Source of the DNA: an uncultured Gammaproteobacteria bacterium
GTDB taxonomy: Bacteria > Pseudomonadota > Gammaproteobacteria > UBA9214
Assembly: GCA_963824045.1 (NCBI GenBank)
Contig: CAWGNW010000019.1
Location: 73,108 to 137,107 of the forward strand
Length of the DNA: 64,000 nt
Direction: 5' to 3'
A program made the position numbers and the translations under genes. This document shows positions 1 through 10,698 of the stretch, in pieces (positions within the stretch are counted from its first letter, which is position 1; every line of letters starts with the position of its first letter). The notes under the pieces were generated by a model, which searched no databases, was not told where the DNA came from, and was given only the letters and a program-made list of their open reading frames with translations.

Positions 1-1
1 G

Positions 2-460
2 GTGCTGGCCTACGACGTGACCACCCTGATCGTCGACGACCCGGTCAAGCGCGTGGACAACATGACCATGGCCTGGGGCCTGGAAGCGCGCGTGCCGTTC
101 CTGGACCAGGAACTGGTGGAACTGGCCATCTGCATGCCGCCGGCGCTGAAGCTGAAGGGTGATGGCAAGTACCCGCTGAAAATGCTGGCGCGAGGACTGC
201 TGCCGGACAGCGTGATCGACCGCCCCAAGGGCTATTTCCCGGTGCCGGCCCTGAAGTTCGTACGCGGAGAAACGCTGGCATTTATGCACGACGTGCTGCA
301 TTCGTCCGCCTGCCTGCAGCGCGGCCTGTTTCAGCGCGCCTATGTGGACCGCCTGCTGAAAAATCCGGGACAGGCGCATACCCCGATTCTGGGCAACAAG
401 CTGTGGCATCTCGCCCTGCTGGAGTTCTGGCTGCAGCGCAATATCGATAAACCCCAGTGA
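2..460 (+). CDS. asnB: asparagine synthase (glutamine-hydrolysing), C-terminal fragment; 5' end lies outside the window
   Basis: ORF is open to the left edge. ...VDNMTMAWGLEARVPFLDQELVELA... and RPKGYFPVPAL are typical of the Asn-synthase C-terminal domain. Confidence 0.85.
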   Translation: MLAYDVTTLIVDDPVKRVDNMTMAWGLEARVPFLDQELVELAICMPPALKLKGDGKYPLKMLARGLLPDSVIDRPKGYFPVPALKFVRGETLAFMHDVLHSSACLQRGLFQRAYVDRLLKNPGQAHTPILGNKLWHLALLEFWLQRNIDKPQ

Positions 461-547
461 TTAGTACTTTTCTGGCGCCCGGACGGCGTATTAAACTAGG
501 TCTAAATTCAAACCCGTAGCGTAACCAATTCAATCGAGGGCAGTGCC

Positions 548-868
548 ATGGATGTAATGGAAAGAATCGACAAGGCTGTAAAAGACAATCCGGTGGTGAT
601 CTTCATGAAAGGCTCGCCGCAGATTCCGCAGTGCGGCTATTCCAGCCGCGCCGCGCAGGCACTGGCTGCCTGCGGTCGCGAGTTTGCGCATGTGAACGTG
701 CTGGCCGACCCGGAGATTTTCGAGAACCTGCCGCGCTATGCCAACTGGCCGACCTTCCCGCAGATCTACATCAACGGCGAGCTGATCGGCGGCTGTGATA
801 TCACCCTCGACCTGTACCAGAAGGGTGAGCTGCAGAAGATGGTTGAGGCGGCTGCCTCACCGGGGTAG
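548..868 (+). CDS. grxD: Grx4-type monothiol glutaredoxin
   Basis: 106 aa. VVIFMKGSPQIPQCGYSSRA (CGxS active site) and WPTFPQIYINGELIGGCDI are hallmark monothiol Grx motifs. Confidence 0.9.
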   Translation: MDVMERIDKAVKDNPVVIFMKGSPQIPQCGYSSRAAQALAACGREFAHVNVLADPEIFENLPRYANWPTFPQIYINGELIGGCDITLDLYQKGELQKMVEAAASPG

Positions 869-905
869 CAGATCGACGTAACGACGCCGGTTTACCCGAT
901 GTGCT

Positions 906-940
906 GCGGCCCGCACCCGGTGGTGCGGGCCGCCTGTTTT
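906..940. terminator. hairpin terminator between convergent grxD and 948..1499
   Basis: Perfect 12-bp stem GCGGCCCGCACC/GGTGCGGGCCGC with a 4-nt loop, followed by CTGTTTT. Confidence 0.7.
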
Positions 941-947
941 CGGGGCT

Positions 948-1499
948 TCAGTTTGCCTCGAGTTTCAGCAATTCCTCAATAATGTCCAGCATCAGTTTCT
1001 GGCCCTTGGCACCCATTTTCTCGGTGAGCCTGTCGGCATCCCGCTCTCCTTCCACCAGCGGCCGGATACGCCCGGCGAGAATGCCCATGTCGCCGCCGGC
1101 GGCCAGCATCTGCTTGGCGAGGTTGCCGACGATCTGCAGTGCCTGCAGGTTGCCGCCGCGTGCTGCGTGCACCAGTCCCGCAATACCCGGGGCAGCCATG
1201 CCGGAATCGAAGTCCGCTGACAGGTCGGGCAGGGTGGCGGGGTCCTGCAGACCGCGCAGGATGGCTTCAACGATGACGCGGTCCTCGTCATCCAGTCCCA
1301 GCATGACGGATTCCTCGCGGCTGCCTGCCACGATGCTGCGGATCGCCGTCACCAGTTGCTGCCAGTCATTCTGTTCCGCCTGCTGCAGCACCTGTTCCAG
1401 GTCCGGTACGCTGCCGGGGTTGTTGCAGTGCATGACAACGCGATGAATAAGCCCCGAGTGGGATTGCAGTATTTGTTCTGTCTTGTCTGGTTGTGACAT
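948..1499 (-). CDS. hypothetical protein (183 aa, acidic, helical-looking)
   Basis: Longest ORF at this locus, 8 nt upstream of the rnt stop and co-oriented with it. No family recognised. Confidence 0.55.
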   Translation of the reverse strand: MSQPDKTEQILQSHSGLIHRVVMHCNNPGSVPDLEQVLQQAEQNDWQQLVTAIRSIVAGSREESVMLGLDDEDRVIVEAILRGLQDPATLPDLSADFDSGMAAPGIAGLVHAARGGNLQALQIVGNLAKQMLAAGGDMGILAGRIRPLVEGERDADRLTEKMGAKGQKLMLDIIEELLKLEAN

Positions 1500-1507
1500 T
1501 TCGTGGA

Positions 1508-2170
1508 TTACCTTGTTGTTGCTGTTACGGGTGTGCTGGTTTCAGCCTGCGCGAGGCTGAATTCATTCCAGCGGTTGATGATGGCGCAAAACAGGTCGGC
1601 CGTGCGCTCCGTATCATAAATGGCGGAATGCGCCTTTTCGCTGTTCCATTCGAAACCGGCAGCCTGCACCGCGCGGGCGAGTACGGTCTGACCGTAGGCA
1701 AGACCCGCCAGGGTGACCGTGTCGAAGGTGCTGAACGGATGGAACGGGTTGCGCTTGATGCCGGTGCGGGCCGCTGCGGCATTCAGGAATGACAGGTCGA
1801 AGGCGGCGTTATGACCTACCAGCACGGCGCGCTTGCACCCGCTGTCCTTGATGGCGCGGCGTACCGGCTTGAAAATCAGCTCCAGCGCCTCGTGTTCCGG
1901 CTTGGCCATACGGAACGGGTTGTAGGGGTCTATGCCTGTGAACTCCAGGGATGCCGAATCCATGTTGGCGCCGGGAAACGGCTCCACGTGGCAGGCGAAG
2001 GTCTCCTTGCGGTAGATAAAACCGTCGGTATCCATTTCCAGTGTGACCGCCGCGATTTCCAGCAGGGCATCACGCTTGGCATTGAAACCGGCAGTTTCGA
2101 TATCGATGACGACCGGGAGAAAACCGCGGAAGCGCTGCGCAATCGGCGCCTTGTCCTTGCTGTCTGTCAT
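1508..2170 (-). CDS. rnt: ribonuclease T
   Basis: Internal ATG at 2170 gives [30 protein letters not shown]... DEDDh exonuclease motifs are present (DIETAG, HNAAFD, HSAIYD). ~221 aa, as expected for RNase T. Confidence 0.9.
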   Translation of the reverse strand: MTDSKDKAPIAQRFRGFLPVVIDIETAGFNAKRDALLEIAAVTLEMDTDGFIYRKETFACHVEPFPGANMDSASLEFTGIDPYNPFRMAKPEHEALELIFKPVRRAIKDSGCKRAVLVGHNAAFDLSFLNAAAARTGIKRNPFHPFSTFDTVTLAGLAYGQTVLARAVQAAGFEWNSEKAHSAIYDTERTADLFCAIINRWNEFSLAQAETSTPVTATTR

Positions 2171-2300
2171 CCGGCAAGGATACCCAATCCCGGTGGGTTT
2201 GGCGATGCCATGTCCGGCTTGACGGTGCTGGCAGAGTTCGCGGCAGGGGTTAGAATGACACCTGTTGAATGCCGGCGGTACCGGCAGGAGGAGACACCAC

Positions 2301-3197
2301 ATGCACCAGCGGCACTTCGCAATCCGCCCGAGAGAGTCAGGCATCCTGCTGCTGTTGCTGGCATTCCTGCAATCTTCACTGGTACTGGCGGGAGGTGATC
2401 GAGAGCGCGGTCTGCTGTGGGAAATCGGGCGGACAGGCCAGCCTGCAAGCTACCTGTTTGGCACCATTCATTCCGAGGCTCCGGCGGTGCTGGACCTGCC
2501 GGCAGTGGTGCAGCAGGCCTTTGATGCGGCTCACAGGGTGGTACTCGAAACATTGCTGGACCTGGATGCGATGCTGTATTCCAGCCAGGCCATGCTGCTG
2601 GGCGAAGGGCGACTGTTATCGGAAATTGCGGGCAGGAACCTGTTCGAGCAAACCGCCAGGGCAATCCAGACCCGGGGCATACCGGAGATCGTGCTGGATC
2701 GCATGAAGCCCTGGGCGGCGGCAGTCACGCTGTCAATGCCTGCACCTGAAACGGGGGAAGTGCTGGACATGCTGCTGTATCAGCGGGCGCTGCAGGCCGG
2801 CAAACCGGTCTACGGACTTGAAAGCATTCACGAGCAGCTGGCGGTCTTTGATGACATGCCCGAACGGGAACAGCTCGTCCTGCTGCGGGATGCGGTCGAG
2901 AATTTCCCGGAGATCGACGCCATGCACAGGGATCTGCTGGATGCCTGGAAGCAGCGCGACCTGGAAACGCTGATGACAATCAATGCGGCCGCGATGCAGG
3001 CGGGTGACAGGAAACTGGCGGCGGAATTCGAGGACAGGCTGATCACCCGGCGCAACCGCTTGATGGCGGATCGCCTGCAACCCTATCTGCAGGAGGGTGA
3101 TGTGTTTGTTGCCGTCGGTGCCCTGCACTTGCCCGGTGAGACCGGACTGCTGAACCTGCTGGAGCAGCGCGGCTACACGATACGGGTGATTTACTAG
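2301..3197 (+). CDS. TraB/GumN family protein, secreted
   Basis: [25 protein letters not shown]... is the TraB/GumN N-terminal signature. ATG at 2301 follows GGAGGAG and is followed by a signal-peptide-like [16 protein letters not shown]. Confidence 0.8.
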   Translation: MHQRHFAIRPRESGILLLLLAFLQSSLVLAGGDRERGLLWEIGRTGQPASYLFGTIHSEAPAVLDLPAVVQQAFDAAHRVVLETLLDLDAMLYSSQAMLLGEGRLLSEIAGRNLFEQTARAIQTRGIPEIVLDRMKPWAAAVTLSMPAPETGEVLDMLLYQRALQAGKPVYGLESIHEQLAVFDDMPEREQLVLLRDAVENFPEIDAMHRDLLDAWKQRDLETLMTINAAAMQAGDRKLAAEFEDRLITRRNRLMADRLQPYLQEGDVFVAVGALHLPGETGLLNLLEQRGYTIRVIY

Positions 3198-3353
3198 GCA
3201 CGGCACCATGGTACGGCCACCGGTCATTGCCGGCTGCGCTGCGTGTTTTCAGGCAGACCGGAAAACTGCATTATCGGCACGAATTGCGTAATTGCTGCCA
3301 GGGTCTTGAAAGATTCATCTCCTGTCACTGCTGCCGGGATGGGTCCATATCAC

Positions 3354-3542
3354 TCAGAGTGCTTCAGAATCATTATTTGGATCCTGCTTTCTCCATTTCT
3401 CGTAACAATCCAGGCCGCAGAAATAGACCACATAGTCGGAAGCCTCACTGCTGCTGGCTTCAGACATGGGTATTTCCGTGAGGCAGACTTTACATGCTAC
3501 AAACACACTTTCTGACAGTTTTATGCCCGCTTGCTTGTCCAT
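3354..3542 (-). CDS. small Cys-rich protein (DUF3330-like, tentative)
   Basis: ATG at 3542 is preceded by GGAGG. 62 aa with CKVC...FCGLDC, a zinc-ribbon-like pattern. The family assignment is from memory only. Confidence 0.45.
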   Translation of the reverse strand: MDKQAGIKLSESVFVACKVCLTEIPMSEASSSEASDYVVYFCGLDCYEKWRKQDPNNDSEAL

Positions 3543-3811
3543 ACCTGAACCTCCTGCCACCCGATCAGGTGCAGCGATTCCCGCTTGTCTGTCGGGGTTC
3601 ACTGCGCGTGCAACGCGGTTGCTACGCAAGCATCGCGCAGGCTGCTTTCTATATAAGTTTAGACGTCCGGGAGAGAAAGCGACATGGTCCATGAGGGTAA
3701 CTCACCAGTCCGACAACGTTCATATGGCAGAAACTGTGTGGGATTCCTGTTTTCTCTCCTCATGTTGTCCGGGGCTGAAATCAGCCGGATAAGTAGTTTA
3801 ATTATTGAATA

Positions 3812-3838
3812 TTCCGTGTCTTTCCGTGTTCTTCCGTG
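3812..3838. promoter_or_regulatory. three direct TTCCGTG repeats at exact 10-bp spacing in a divergent, AT-rich intergenic region
   Basis: TTCCGTG occurs at 3812, 3822 and 3832, between the 3542(-) and 4031(+) gene starts. Confidence 0.35.
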
Positions 3839-4030
3839 GCTGATGATTCATTAACAAAAATGATATCCCTTAAGTAAGCTCCATTCGAATCTGACCCCTC
3901 TTGTTTTCAGGAATGTTTCAGGATTGCGTCATGCAGGTCCGGAGATGGCACAAGCGAAGGCGGTACTCTGCGGTGGCATGCCGCACGATCAACTACACTC
4001 AGAACAGCAGGGCTGTACCAGGAGCGTCGC

Positions 4031-5434
4031 ATGTTAAAGGCTGCCGCCCACAACTTGCCCGGCAGGAGCGAACCCGCTCAAGACAGGAGTGCTGTGGTTG
4101 TGAATCACTGCTTGCCTGTCCTGAGGCTGCCTCAATATCAGGGCCGGGAATGGATAAGGGCAAATTTGCCAAGTGGTTGCGAATCCTGGCCGGTTGAGAC
4201 CGGGCGGACACATGCCGGTCGCGCGAACAAACCGGAAACATCCAGCCCCTGGCATTGGCCTTCCGAGCCGGTGTTTTTCTTCGGAGATCCGCATGCCGAT
4301 GCGGAGGCGCTCATGGCGTCACTGGTGGCGTCCGGCGGCATAGAGAAAACCGGCCATGAAGATCATGCATTCAGGCTTACCACAGCCGGTCGAAATGCGT
4401 TGTTCATTCTGGCCGGGGACTGTTTTGACAAGGGTCCCGGGAATCTGCGCCTGATACGCACCTTGCGGCTACTGCTGAAGCGGGGAGCACGCATGCACAT
4501 CCTGGCCGGCAATCACGACGTGCGTGTATTGCTGGGAATGCGCAGCGTGAACTCGTTTCGGCTCACGCGCAACGAGCATTTTTTCATCCGCATGGGGGCC
4601 AAGGCGGTACCCCTGCTGGTGGAAATCCACAGGCAATACCTGGCCGGGCGCAATGCCCTGCGGAATGTTCCGGGAACAGATGAGTGCCGGCGTCGCCTGT
4701 ACCCGTCAGATACGTGGTATGAAATATTTCCCGAGCTGGCGCGCAAAACAATGCCGGCACAGACAGTGGATCGTGAACTTGTCCGGCTGCACAGGAAACT
4801 TGATAGCTTCGAGGACGTTTGCAACGCTGCCGGGTTGACGCTGCGCGATGTCTATGCGGCCACCCTGAAATGGCAGTCTCTGTTTCTCAGGCCGGAAGGG
4901 GAGTTCTACTGGTTTTTCAGGACAATTCAGCTGGCCAGTCAGAATGGCTCGTTTCTTTTTATTCATGCGGGTCTGGATGACAGGATTGCAGAAGTTGTCG
5001 ACAGATACGGCATCCGGTATCTCAATCGCCAGTTCCGCAAACAACTGGAAGGTGATGCCTTCGGTTTGTACTATGGCCCGATAGGCAACTGCTTCCGAAC
5101 AAAATACCGGGAAGTGGACATGCCCTTTACCGGAAAGGGTGCGGAATCCGCGCGCCATGCAGGCATCCATGCCGTTGTACACGGCCATCGCAATGTATTA
5201 CACGGACAGCGCATCGTACGCCGACACGACATGATCAATTTCGAGTGCGACACCACCATGGATTGCAACTCGCGTAAAAAGGAAGGCCTGGAAGGTCCGG
5301 GCGCAGGCGTCACCATTATCAAACCGGAAGGCGTGGTGATGGGGATCAGTAGCGACTACCCGAGAATCAAGCTGTACTCACAGGACGGCAATATGCCTGC
5401 TTTCAGACATTCAACGGCTGGTCGACAAGGCTGA
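4031..5434 (+). CDS. metallophosphoesterase (calcineurin-like) family protein; start codon uncertain
   Basis: Motifs FFFGDPHAD, LAGDCFDKGPG, LAGNHD and VVHGHRN appear in the canonical order. Confidence 0.75.
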   Translation: MLKAAAHNLPGRSEPAQDRSAVVVNHCLPVLRLPQYQGREWIRANLPSGCESWPVETGRTHAGRANKPETSSPWHWPSEPVFFFGDPHADAEALMASLVASGGIEKTGHEDHAFRLTTAGRNALFILAGDCFDKGPGNLRLIRTLRLLLKRGARMHILAGNHDVRVLLGMRSVNSFRLTRNEHFFIRMGAKAVPLLVEIHRQYLAGRNALRNVPGTDECRRRLYPSDTWYEIFPELARKTMPAQTVDRELVRLHRKLDSFEDVCNAAGLTLRDVYAATLKWQSLFLRPEGEFYWFFRTIQLASQNGSFLFIHAGLDDRIAEVVDRYGIRYLNRQFRKQLEGDAFGLYYGPIGNCFRTKYREVDMPFTGKGAESARHAGIHAVVHGHRNVLHGQRIVRRHDMINFECDTTMDCNSRKKEGLEGPGAGVTIIKPEGVVMGISSDYPRIKLYSQDGNMPAFRHSTAGRQG

Positions 5435-5499
5435 TTGACTGTCGGGCGCAGGGCCGGTACCAGTGGCCCACCGGGAGGGTGGATACAATTCACGAAAAG

Positions 5500-5775
5500 A
5501 TAAACCCGGGGTGTAATCCGGTTTCGAAAGTTTATTGACAGGACGAGATTCATCCCGGTGTAGTGATTCCGGGATTCACCGGTAGTGCGGTCCTGGACCT
5601 GTACTGCAGGAGCACCCCAATGGGCATAGATACCCCGGTGGGTACAAGTACCCCGATGGGCACAAGTACCCCGGTGGGCACAAGTACCCCGGTGGGCACA
5701 AGTACCCCAGTACCCGGAAAACGGGCATAAAGAGGCCGCTCCTGCAGCAGGCTTTATGCAATGATTGGGTAAATC
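5500..5775 (-). repeat. copy A of a ~200-276 bp dispersed repeat; inverted relative to copy B at 24388..24592
   Basis: Hand alignment of the reverse complement of 5500-5775 with 24388-24592 gives long near-identical blocks, e.g. CCGGAATCACTACACCGGGATGAATCTCGTCCTG and CGAAACCGGATTACACCCCGG. Confidence 0.8.
5615..5717. repeat. 18-bp tandem repeat, ~5.5 copies (CCCCGGTGGGCACAAGTA)
   Basis: Units start at 5615, 5633, 5651, 5669 and 5687, with a partial unit at 5705. The last two full units are identical. Confidence 0.9.
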
Positions 5776-5907
5776 CACCCGGCCCCTTGTCGTTGTCGTC
5801 AGGGTAACCCGGTGCAGTACGGGTGGCAGGTTGATGCCCTGTCCGGTCCTGTTGCCTCTCGCCAGGGTGGCAAAGGCATCTGAAAACAGCCGGGTGAAAA
5901 GGAGGGT

Positions 5908-6939
5908 TCAGTCCCGCAGGCGCCAGTGCAGCGTCTCCCCGGCATGCAGGGGTACCAGCGTTGATTCACCAAGAGGATAGCTGGCAGGCACCTGCCACTC
6001 GGTTTTTTCCAGCGTGATCGTGGCGGTGTTGCGGGGCAGGCCGTAAAAGTCGGGCCCGAAGTGGCTGGCAAAGGCCTCCAGCCGGTGCAGCGCGCCGGCG
6101 TCCTCGAAAGCCTGTGCATAGAGTTCCAGCGCGGCATGTGCCGTGTAGATGCCGGCGCAGCCACAGGAGGTTTCCTTGCGCTCGCGCGCATGCGGTGCGC
6201 TGTCGGTGCCGAGGAAGAACTTGCGGTTGCCGCCGGTGGCGGCTTCCAGCAGGGCCTCGCGGTGGGTCTCGCGCTTCAGCACCGGCAGGCAGTAGGCATG
6301 CGGTTGCAGGCCGCCGCGGAACATGGCGTTGCGGTTCAGCAGCAGGTGGTGTGCGGTGATAGTGGCCGCGACCGTGTCCGGGGCCGACTCGACGAAATAG
6401 ATGCCCTCGCGGGTGGTGACATGCTCCAGCACGATCTTGAGGCCGGGGTAGCGGACCGTCAACGGTTCCAGCACGCGGTTGATGAAGACCCGCTCGCGAT
6501 CGAATACGTCCACCTCCGGGTCGGTGACCTCCGCGTGCACCAGCAGCGGCATGCCGTGCTTCTGCATCGCCTCCAGCGCCGGGCAGGTGTTACGTATGTC
6601 CGTGACGCCGGCGTCGGAATGGGTGGTCGCGCCGGCCGGGTACAGTTTGACGGCCTGCACCAGTCCGCTGGCTGCGGCTTCACTAATGTCTGCAGCCGCT
6701 GTCCTGTCGGTCAGGTACAGCGTCATTAATGGCTGGAAGCTGCTGCCGGCGGGCAGCACGGCCAGGATGCGTTCGCGGTAAGCCAGCGCCTGCGCGGTCG
6801 TCGTGACCGGCGGCTGCAGGTTCGGCATGATGATGGCACGGGCGAACTGCCGCGCCGTATGCGCCATCACGTCGCGCATGGCCGCAGCGTCCCGCACGTG
6901 CAGGTGCCAGTCGTCGGGACGGGTCAGGGTCAGTTCCAC
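5908..6939 (-). CDS. pyrC: dihydroorotase, homodimeric (class II) type
   Basis: [15 protein letters not shown]... matches the E. coli PyrC N-terminus. The probable GTG start at 6939 overlaps the upstream gene's stop (CAGTGGAACTGA). ~344 aa. Confidence 0.9.
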   Translation of the reverse strand: MELTLTRPDDWHLHVRDAAAMRDVMAHTARQFARAIIMPNLQPPVTTTAQALAYRERILAVLPAGSSFQPLMTLYLTDRTAAADISEAAASGLVQAVKLYPAGATTHSDAGVTDIRNTCPALEAMQKHGMPLLVHAEVTDPEVDVFDRERVFINRVLEPLTVRYPGLKIVLEHVTTREGIYFVESAPDTVAATITAHHLLLNRNAMFRGGLQPHAYCLPVLKRETHREALLEAATGGNRKFFLGTDSAPHARERKETSCGCAGIYTAHAALELYAQAFEDAGALHRLEAFASHFGPDFYGLPRNTATITLEKTEWQVPASYPLGESTLVPLHAGETLHWRLRD

Positions 6940-8447
6940 TGCTTGTCCAGGACGGATTGCTGCAGCAGCAGGTTCAGGGTGTAGCGGACACCGAAGCCGG
7001 TGGTGTCCGTCGGGATGTGGCCGAGCCCGCCCTTGTGGCTGCTGGCGGCCAGGTCCACGTGGATCCAGTTGATTTGCTTGTCGACGAAGCGGTTCAGGAA
7101 GCGGGCGGCGAGAATATGGTCGGCCTCGCCTTCCAGGGTGCACTGCAGGGTGTCGGCAATATCTGACTTCAGCGCTTCGTCAAAGTCCTTGTCCAGCGGA
7201 AACGGCCAGACGCGTTCGCCGCTGTCGCGTCCTGCCGTCGTCAGACAGGCGTGGAGTGAATCGTGGTTGCTGAATACGCCGCTGTAGCGTGAAGACAATG
7301 CGTAGATGCAGGCCCCGGTCAGGGTGGCGTAGTCAATCATGACATGCGGCTTTTCCCTGCTTGCCAGCGCCAGGGTGTCGGCCAGCACCATGCGTCCCTC
7401 GGCATCCGTGTGCTTGACCTCGATGGTCGTGCCGTTGCAGGCGGTAACGACATCGTTGGGCTTGTAGGCGCGGCTGCCGACGTGGTTCTGCGCCAGCGCC
7501 AGCCAGCAGTCGACCGGAAACCTTGCCTTGAGGCGCGACAGGGCCAGCAGCGTTCCCAGCGCAACGGCGCTGCCCTGCATGTCCTCGTGCATGCCGTTCA
7601 TGAATTTCGCCGGTTTCACATTGACGCCGCCGGTGTCGAAACAGATGCCCTTGCCGACCAGCGCGAGCTTCCTGCCGCCGGCCATTGCCGGCCGGTAGCG
7701 CAGCTGGACGATGCCGGCATCATCGTTCGGGCTGCCCTGGGCGACGGCCAGGAAGGCGCCCGCCTGCCTGCGTGCCAGGGAGCGGGTGTTGAGGAACGAC
7801 ATTTCCCAGCCCTCCGCCTTCGCGAGACTGGTGACGAATTTGCGGTAATGCTCCGGGGTGAGCTCGTTGCCGGGCAGCGCGGACAACCAGCGCGCCAGGT
7901 GATTGCCGACGGTTTCGGCCTGCACCTGTGACAGGTCGATGCGCGCCTGCAGGCCATGGATGTCAATGCGCTTCAGGGCCGCCGGCTTGTCCGGTTCAGA
8001 CTTGAAGCTCGGCATGGGGCAGGCTGCCGCCAGCAGGGCCGCGACCGGGATCCCGGCAAGCCGCGCCGTTGTTTCCGGGTCAAACCCCGCGAACTGCAGT
8101 AAGACAGTCGCGGGGTCGCGGGCGCGCACCACGGCGGCGAGTTCGCGCCCCCGGGTGAGCAGATCAAAGGTGGAGGCCGCGGGATCCAGCGTTTGCACGA
8201 TGGCATGGGTGGCGGTCTTGTTGGGCAGGTCGGTAGCCAGGCGGTTGGCGTGCCTGTCGCGGCGCCGCAGCTGCTGGAACCGTGGTCTCAGGATGTCGGC
8301 GTAGGGAAGCTGCGCCCAGTCCGCCATGCCGGGTTTTTCCGGCAGGATGCACACCGCAACGGGGAAGGTGTCGAGCCTGGCGCTGGACGGGGTCTTTGTG
8401 TCTTGATTTATCTTGATTTTTTCAGAGTGCCGATAGGGGATTTGCAT
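6930..8447 (-). CDS. M17 leucyl aminopeptidase family protein; start uncertain (ATG 8447 chosen)
   Basis: [16 protein letters not shown] and [14 protein letters not shown] are the M17 catalytic signatures. Confidence 0.8.
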   Translation of the reverse strand: MQIPYRHSEKIKINQDTKTPSSARLDTFPVAVCILPEKPGMADWAQLPYADILRPRFQQLRRRDRHANRLATDLPNKTATHAIVQTLDPAASTFDLLTRGRELAAVVRARDPATVLLQFAGFDPETTARLAGIPVAALLAAACPMPSFKSEPDKPAALKRIDIHGLQARIDLSQVQAETVGNHLARWLSALPGNELTPEHYRKFVTSLAKAEGWEMSFLNTRSLARRQAGAFLAVAQGSPNDDAGIVQLRYRPAMAGGRKLALVGKGICFDTGGVNVKPAKFMNGMHEDMQGSAVALGTLLALSRLKARFPVDCWLALAQNHVGSRAYKPNDVVTACNGTTIEVKHTDAEGRMVLADTLALASREKPHVMIDYATLTGACIYALSSRYSGVFSNHDSLHACLTTAGRDSGERVWPFPLDKDFDEALKSDIADTLQCTLEGEADHILAARFLNRFVDKQINWIHVDLAASSHKGGLGHIPTDTTGFGVRYTLNLLLQQSVLDKQWN

Positions 8448-8639
8448 GCTTTTTGCCTTGACCTGTTGCTGCAAAAAACAGATCATAACGCGCTTGTCAT
8501 GTTTCGGATACCGCTGTTTCCCAGTCAATTCAGGGAGATGGCGTGTCCCGGCGGCATTCAGGCCCGGTCCCGGGCGCTGCCGGGTAATTCCGTTGAGATC
8601 AACTGTCTATGCCCGGCATAGCCAACGACCTGGAACCTT

Positions 8640-9635
8640 ATGAAAGACGCCGATAAGAAACGCCTGTTGCGCGAGATGCTGTTTGCGCGCCGCTTTGAAG
8701 AGCGCTGCTACGAGGCTTACGTGGAGCGCAATATAGGCGGATTCCTGCACCTCTACCCTGGTGAGGAAGCCTGTGCCTTCGGCGTGCTGGAGGCCGCGCG
8801 GGTGGGGCACGATTACGTGATCACCAGTTACCGCGACCACGTGCACGCGATCAAGTCCGGTTCCGACCCGAAGGAAGTCATGGCGGAACTGTTCGCCAAG
8901 GAGACCGGTGTCAGCAAGGGCCGCGGCGGGTCCATGCACATCTTCGACGTGAAACACCGCTTCATGGGTGGCTACGCACTGGTCGGCGGGCCGTTCCCGC
9001 TGGCAGCCGGCATCGCCAAGGGCATCCAGATGCAGGGCGGCGACGAGATCTGCATCTGTTTCCTGGGAGACGCCGCAAACAACCAGGGCACCTTCCACGA
9101 GTCGCTCAACATGGCCAAGCTCTGGAACCTGCCGGTGCTGTATGTCTGCGAGAACAATCTCTACGGCATCGGTACGCGCATCGATCGCTCCACCGCCGTG
9201 GTCGACCAGTACCAGCGGGTTTCCGGCTATAACATCCCGTCGGCACAGGAAGACGGCCAGGACGTGGAACTGGTCTACAAGGCGGCAACCAGGGCAGTCA
9301 AGCACGTGCGCTCCGGCAAGGGGCCGTACTTCCTGGAACTGATGACCTATCGCTACCGCGGGCATTCCATGTCCGACTCGAATGCCTATCGCGCCAAGAA
9401 GGAAGAACGCATGTGGAGCGGCCGCGATCCGGTCATCATGCTGCGCGACCGCCTCATCAAGGACGGCAAGCTGACGCTGAAGGAATACCAGGAAATGGAT
9501 ACCCAGGTGCTGGACGAAATCGAGGGCGAAGTGATCCGCTTCGCGACGGAATCGCCGGAGCCGGATATCGCGGAAGTGGGGAAATACGTGCTGGCCGAGA
9601 ATGATCCCTGGGTCAGGGGCGGGGTGTCGTCATGA
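8640..9635 (+). CDS. pdhA: 2-oxoacid (pyruvate/acetoin-type) dehydrogenase E1 alpha subunit
   Basis: 331 aa with a TPP-binding E1 alpha pattern (FLHLYPGEEA, GGSMHIF, YRYRGHSMSD). It overlaps the E1 beta start by 4 nt. Confidence 0.9.
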   Translation: MKDADKKRLLREMLFARRFEERCYEAYVERNIGGFLHLYPGEEACAFGVLEAARVGHDYVITSYRDHVHAIKSGSDPKEVMAELFAKETGVSKGRGGSMHIFDVKHRFMGGYALVGGPFPLAAGIAKGIQMQGGDEICICFLGDAANNQGTFHESLNMAKLWNLPVLYVCENNLYGIGTRIDRSTAVVDQYQRVSGYNIPSAQEDGQDVELVYKAATRAVKHVRSGKGPYFLELMTYRYRGHSMSDSNAYRAKKEERMWSGRDPVIMLRDRLIKDGKLTLKEYQEMDTQVLDEIEGEVIRFATESPEPDIAEVGKYVLAENDPWVRGGVSS

Positions 9636-10611
9636 GCGAGATGCAGTACTGGGAGGCCCTGCGCCGCGCCCACGATGAAGAACTCGCCAACGATCCGATG
9701 GTCATCGTCATGGGCGAGGACATCGGTGTTGTCGGCGGCACCTACAAGGCGACCTCCGGCCTGTATGAGAAGTACGGCGAGGCGCGGGTCATCGATACAC
9801 CCATCTCCGAGAACGGCTATACCGGGCTCGGCATCGGCGCCTCGTTCCTGGGGGTGCGGCCAATCATCGAGATCATGTCGGTGAACTTTGCCTGGCTGGC
9901 GATGGACCAGATATTCAACACCGCGGCCAAGGTCCGCTACATGTCCGGCGGACAGCTGCAGGCGCCTGTGGTGATTCGTTCACCCGGCGGCACCGCGCAC
10001 CAGCTGGGATCGCAGCACTCGGCGCGCATGGAGAAGGTATTCATGGGAATCGCCGGCCTGCGCGTGGTGACGCCATCGAATCCGCGACAGGCCTACGGGA
10101 TGCTGAAGTCGGCGGTGCGCTGCAACGACCCGGTGTTCATCAACGAACATGAACTGATGTACAACATGAAGGGCGAGGTGCCCGGATCAGGAATATTTCC
10201 ACCCGCTGGAAGGCTCCGAGGTGGTGCGCGCCGGGACGCGATGTCACCCTGTTCGGCTACAACATCTCCGTGCACTGGTGCCTGCAGGCGGCCGGGGAAC
10301 TGGCACAGCATGGCATCGAGGCCGAGGTGATCGACCTGTTCGCGCTCAGCCCGCTGGACCGCGCCGGCATCCGCGACTCGGTCAGCCGGACCCACCGCGC
10401 CGTGATCGTCGAGGAGGCGGAGCCCGCCGTCGGCGTGGGCGCGGAAGTCATGGCGATCATCAACGAGGAATGTTTCTTCGAACTGGATGCCGCGCCGGTC
10501 CGGGTGTCGGCGCTGAATGTGCCGATTCCCTATAACCACGGCCTTGAAAAGGCGGCCCTGCCAAGCCCGCAGGACGTCGTCGCGGTCGTGCGCAAGATGT
10601 TCGGCGTATAG
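9632..10611 (+). pseudogene. pdhB: E1 beta subunit, interrupted as sequenced by two +1 frameshifts (~10184 and ~10239)
   Basis: Frame 2 reads the E1 beta N-terminus to ...MYNMKGEVP. Frame 0 continues DQEYFHPLEGSEVVRAGT. Frame 1 continues DVTLFGYNISVHW...VVRKMFGV to the stop at 10611. Confidence 0.85.
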
Positions 10612-10698
10612 CCCTGTGCCGCGGGCATCCCGTCTGTTGCCGGCATGCCGGCAAGCGTGTCCCCCATGCGGCGATAAATCTCTATCACCTGGATAACT

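Noticed and set aside
5615-5717. Possible CRISPR array (also considered for 62034-62165)
   Set aside because: The repeats are directly adjacent with no unique spacers. The units are only 18 bp and 7 bp long, and no cas genes are present in the window.
5356-5778. 140-aa ORF with (GTCAHR)n repeats
   Set aside because: It is made of the 18-bp tandem array plus the dispersed repeat and overlaps the 3' end of the metallophosphoesterase gene. The equivalent region in repeat copy B has no such ORF.
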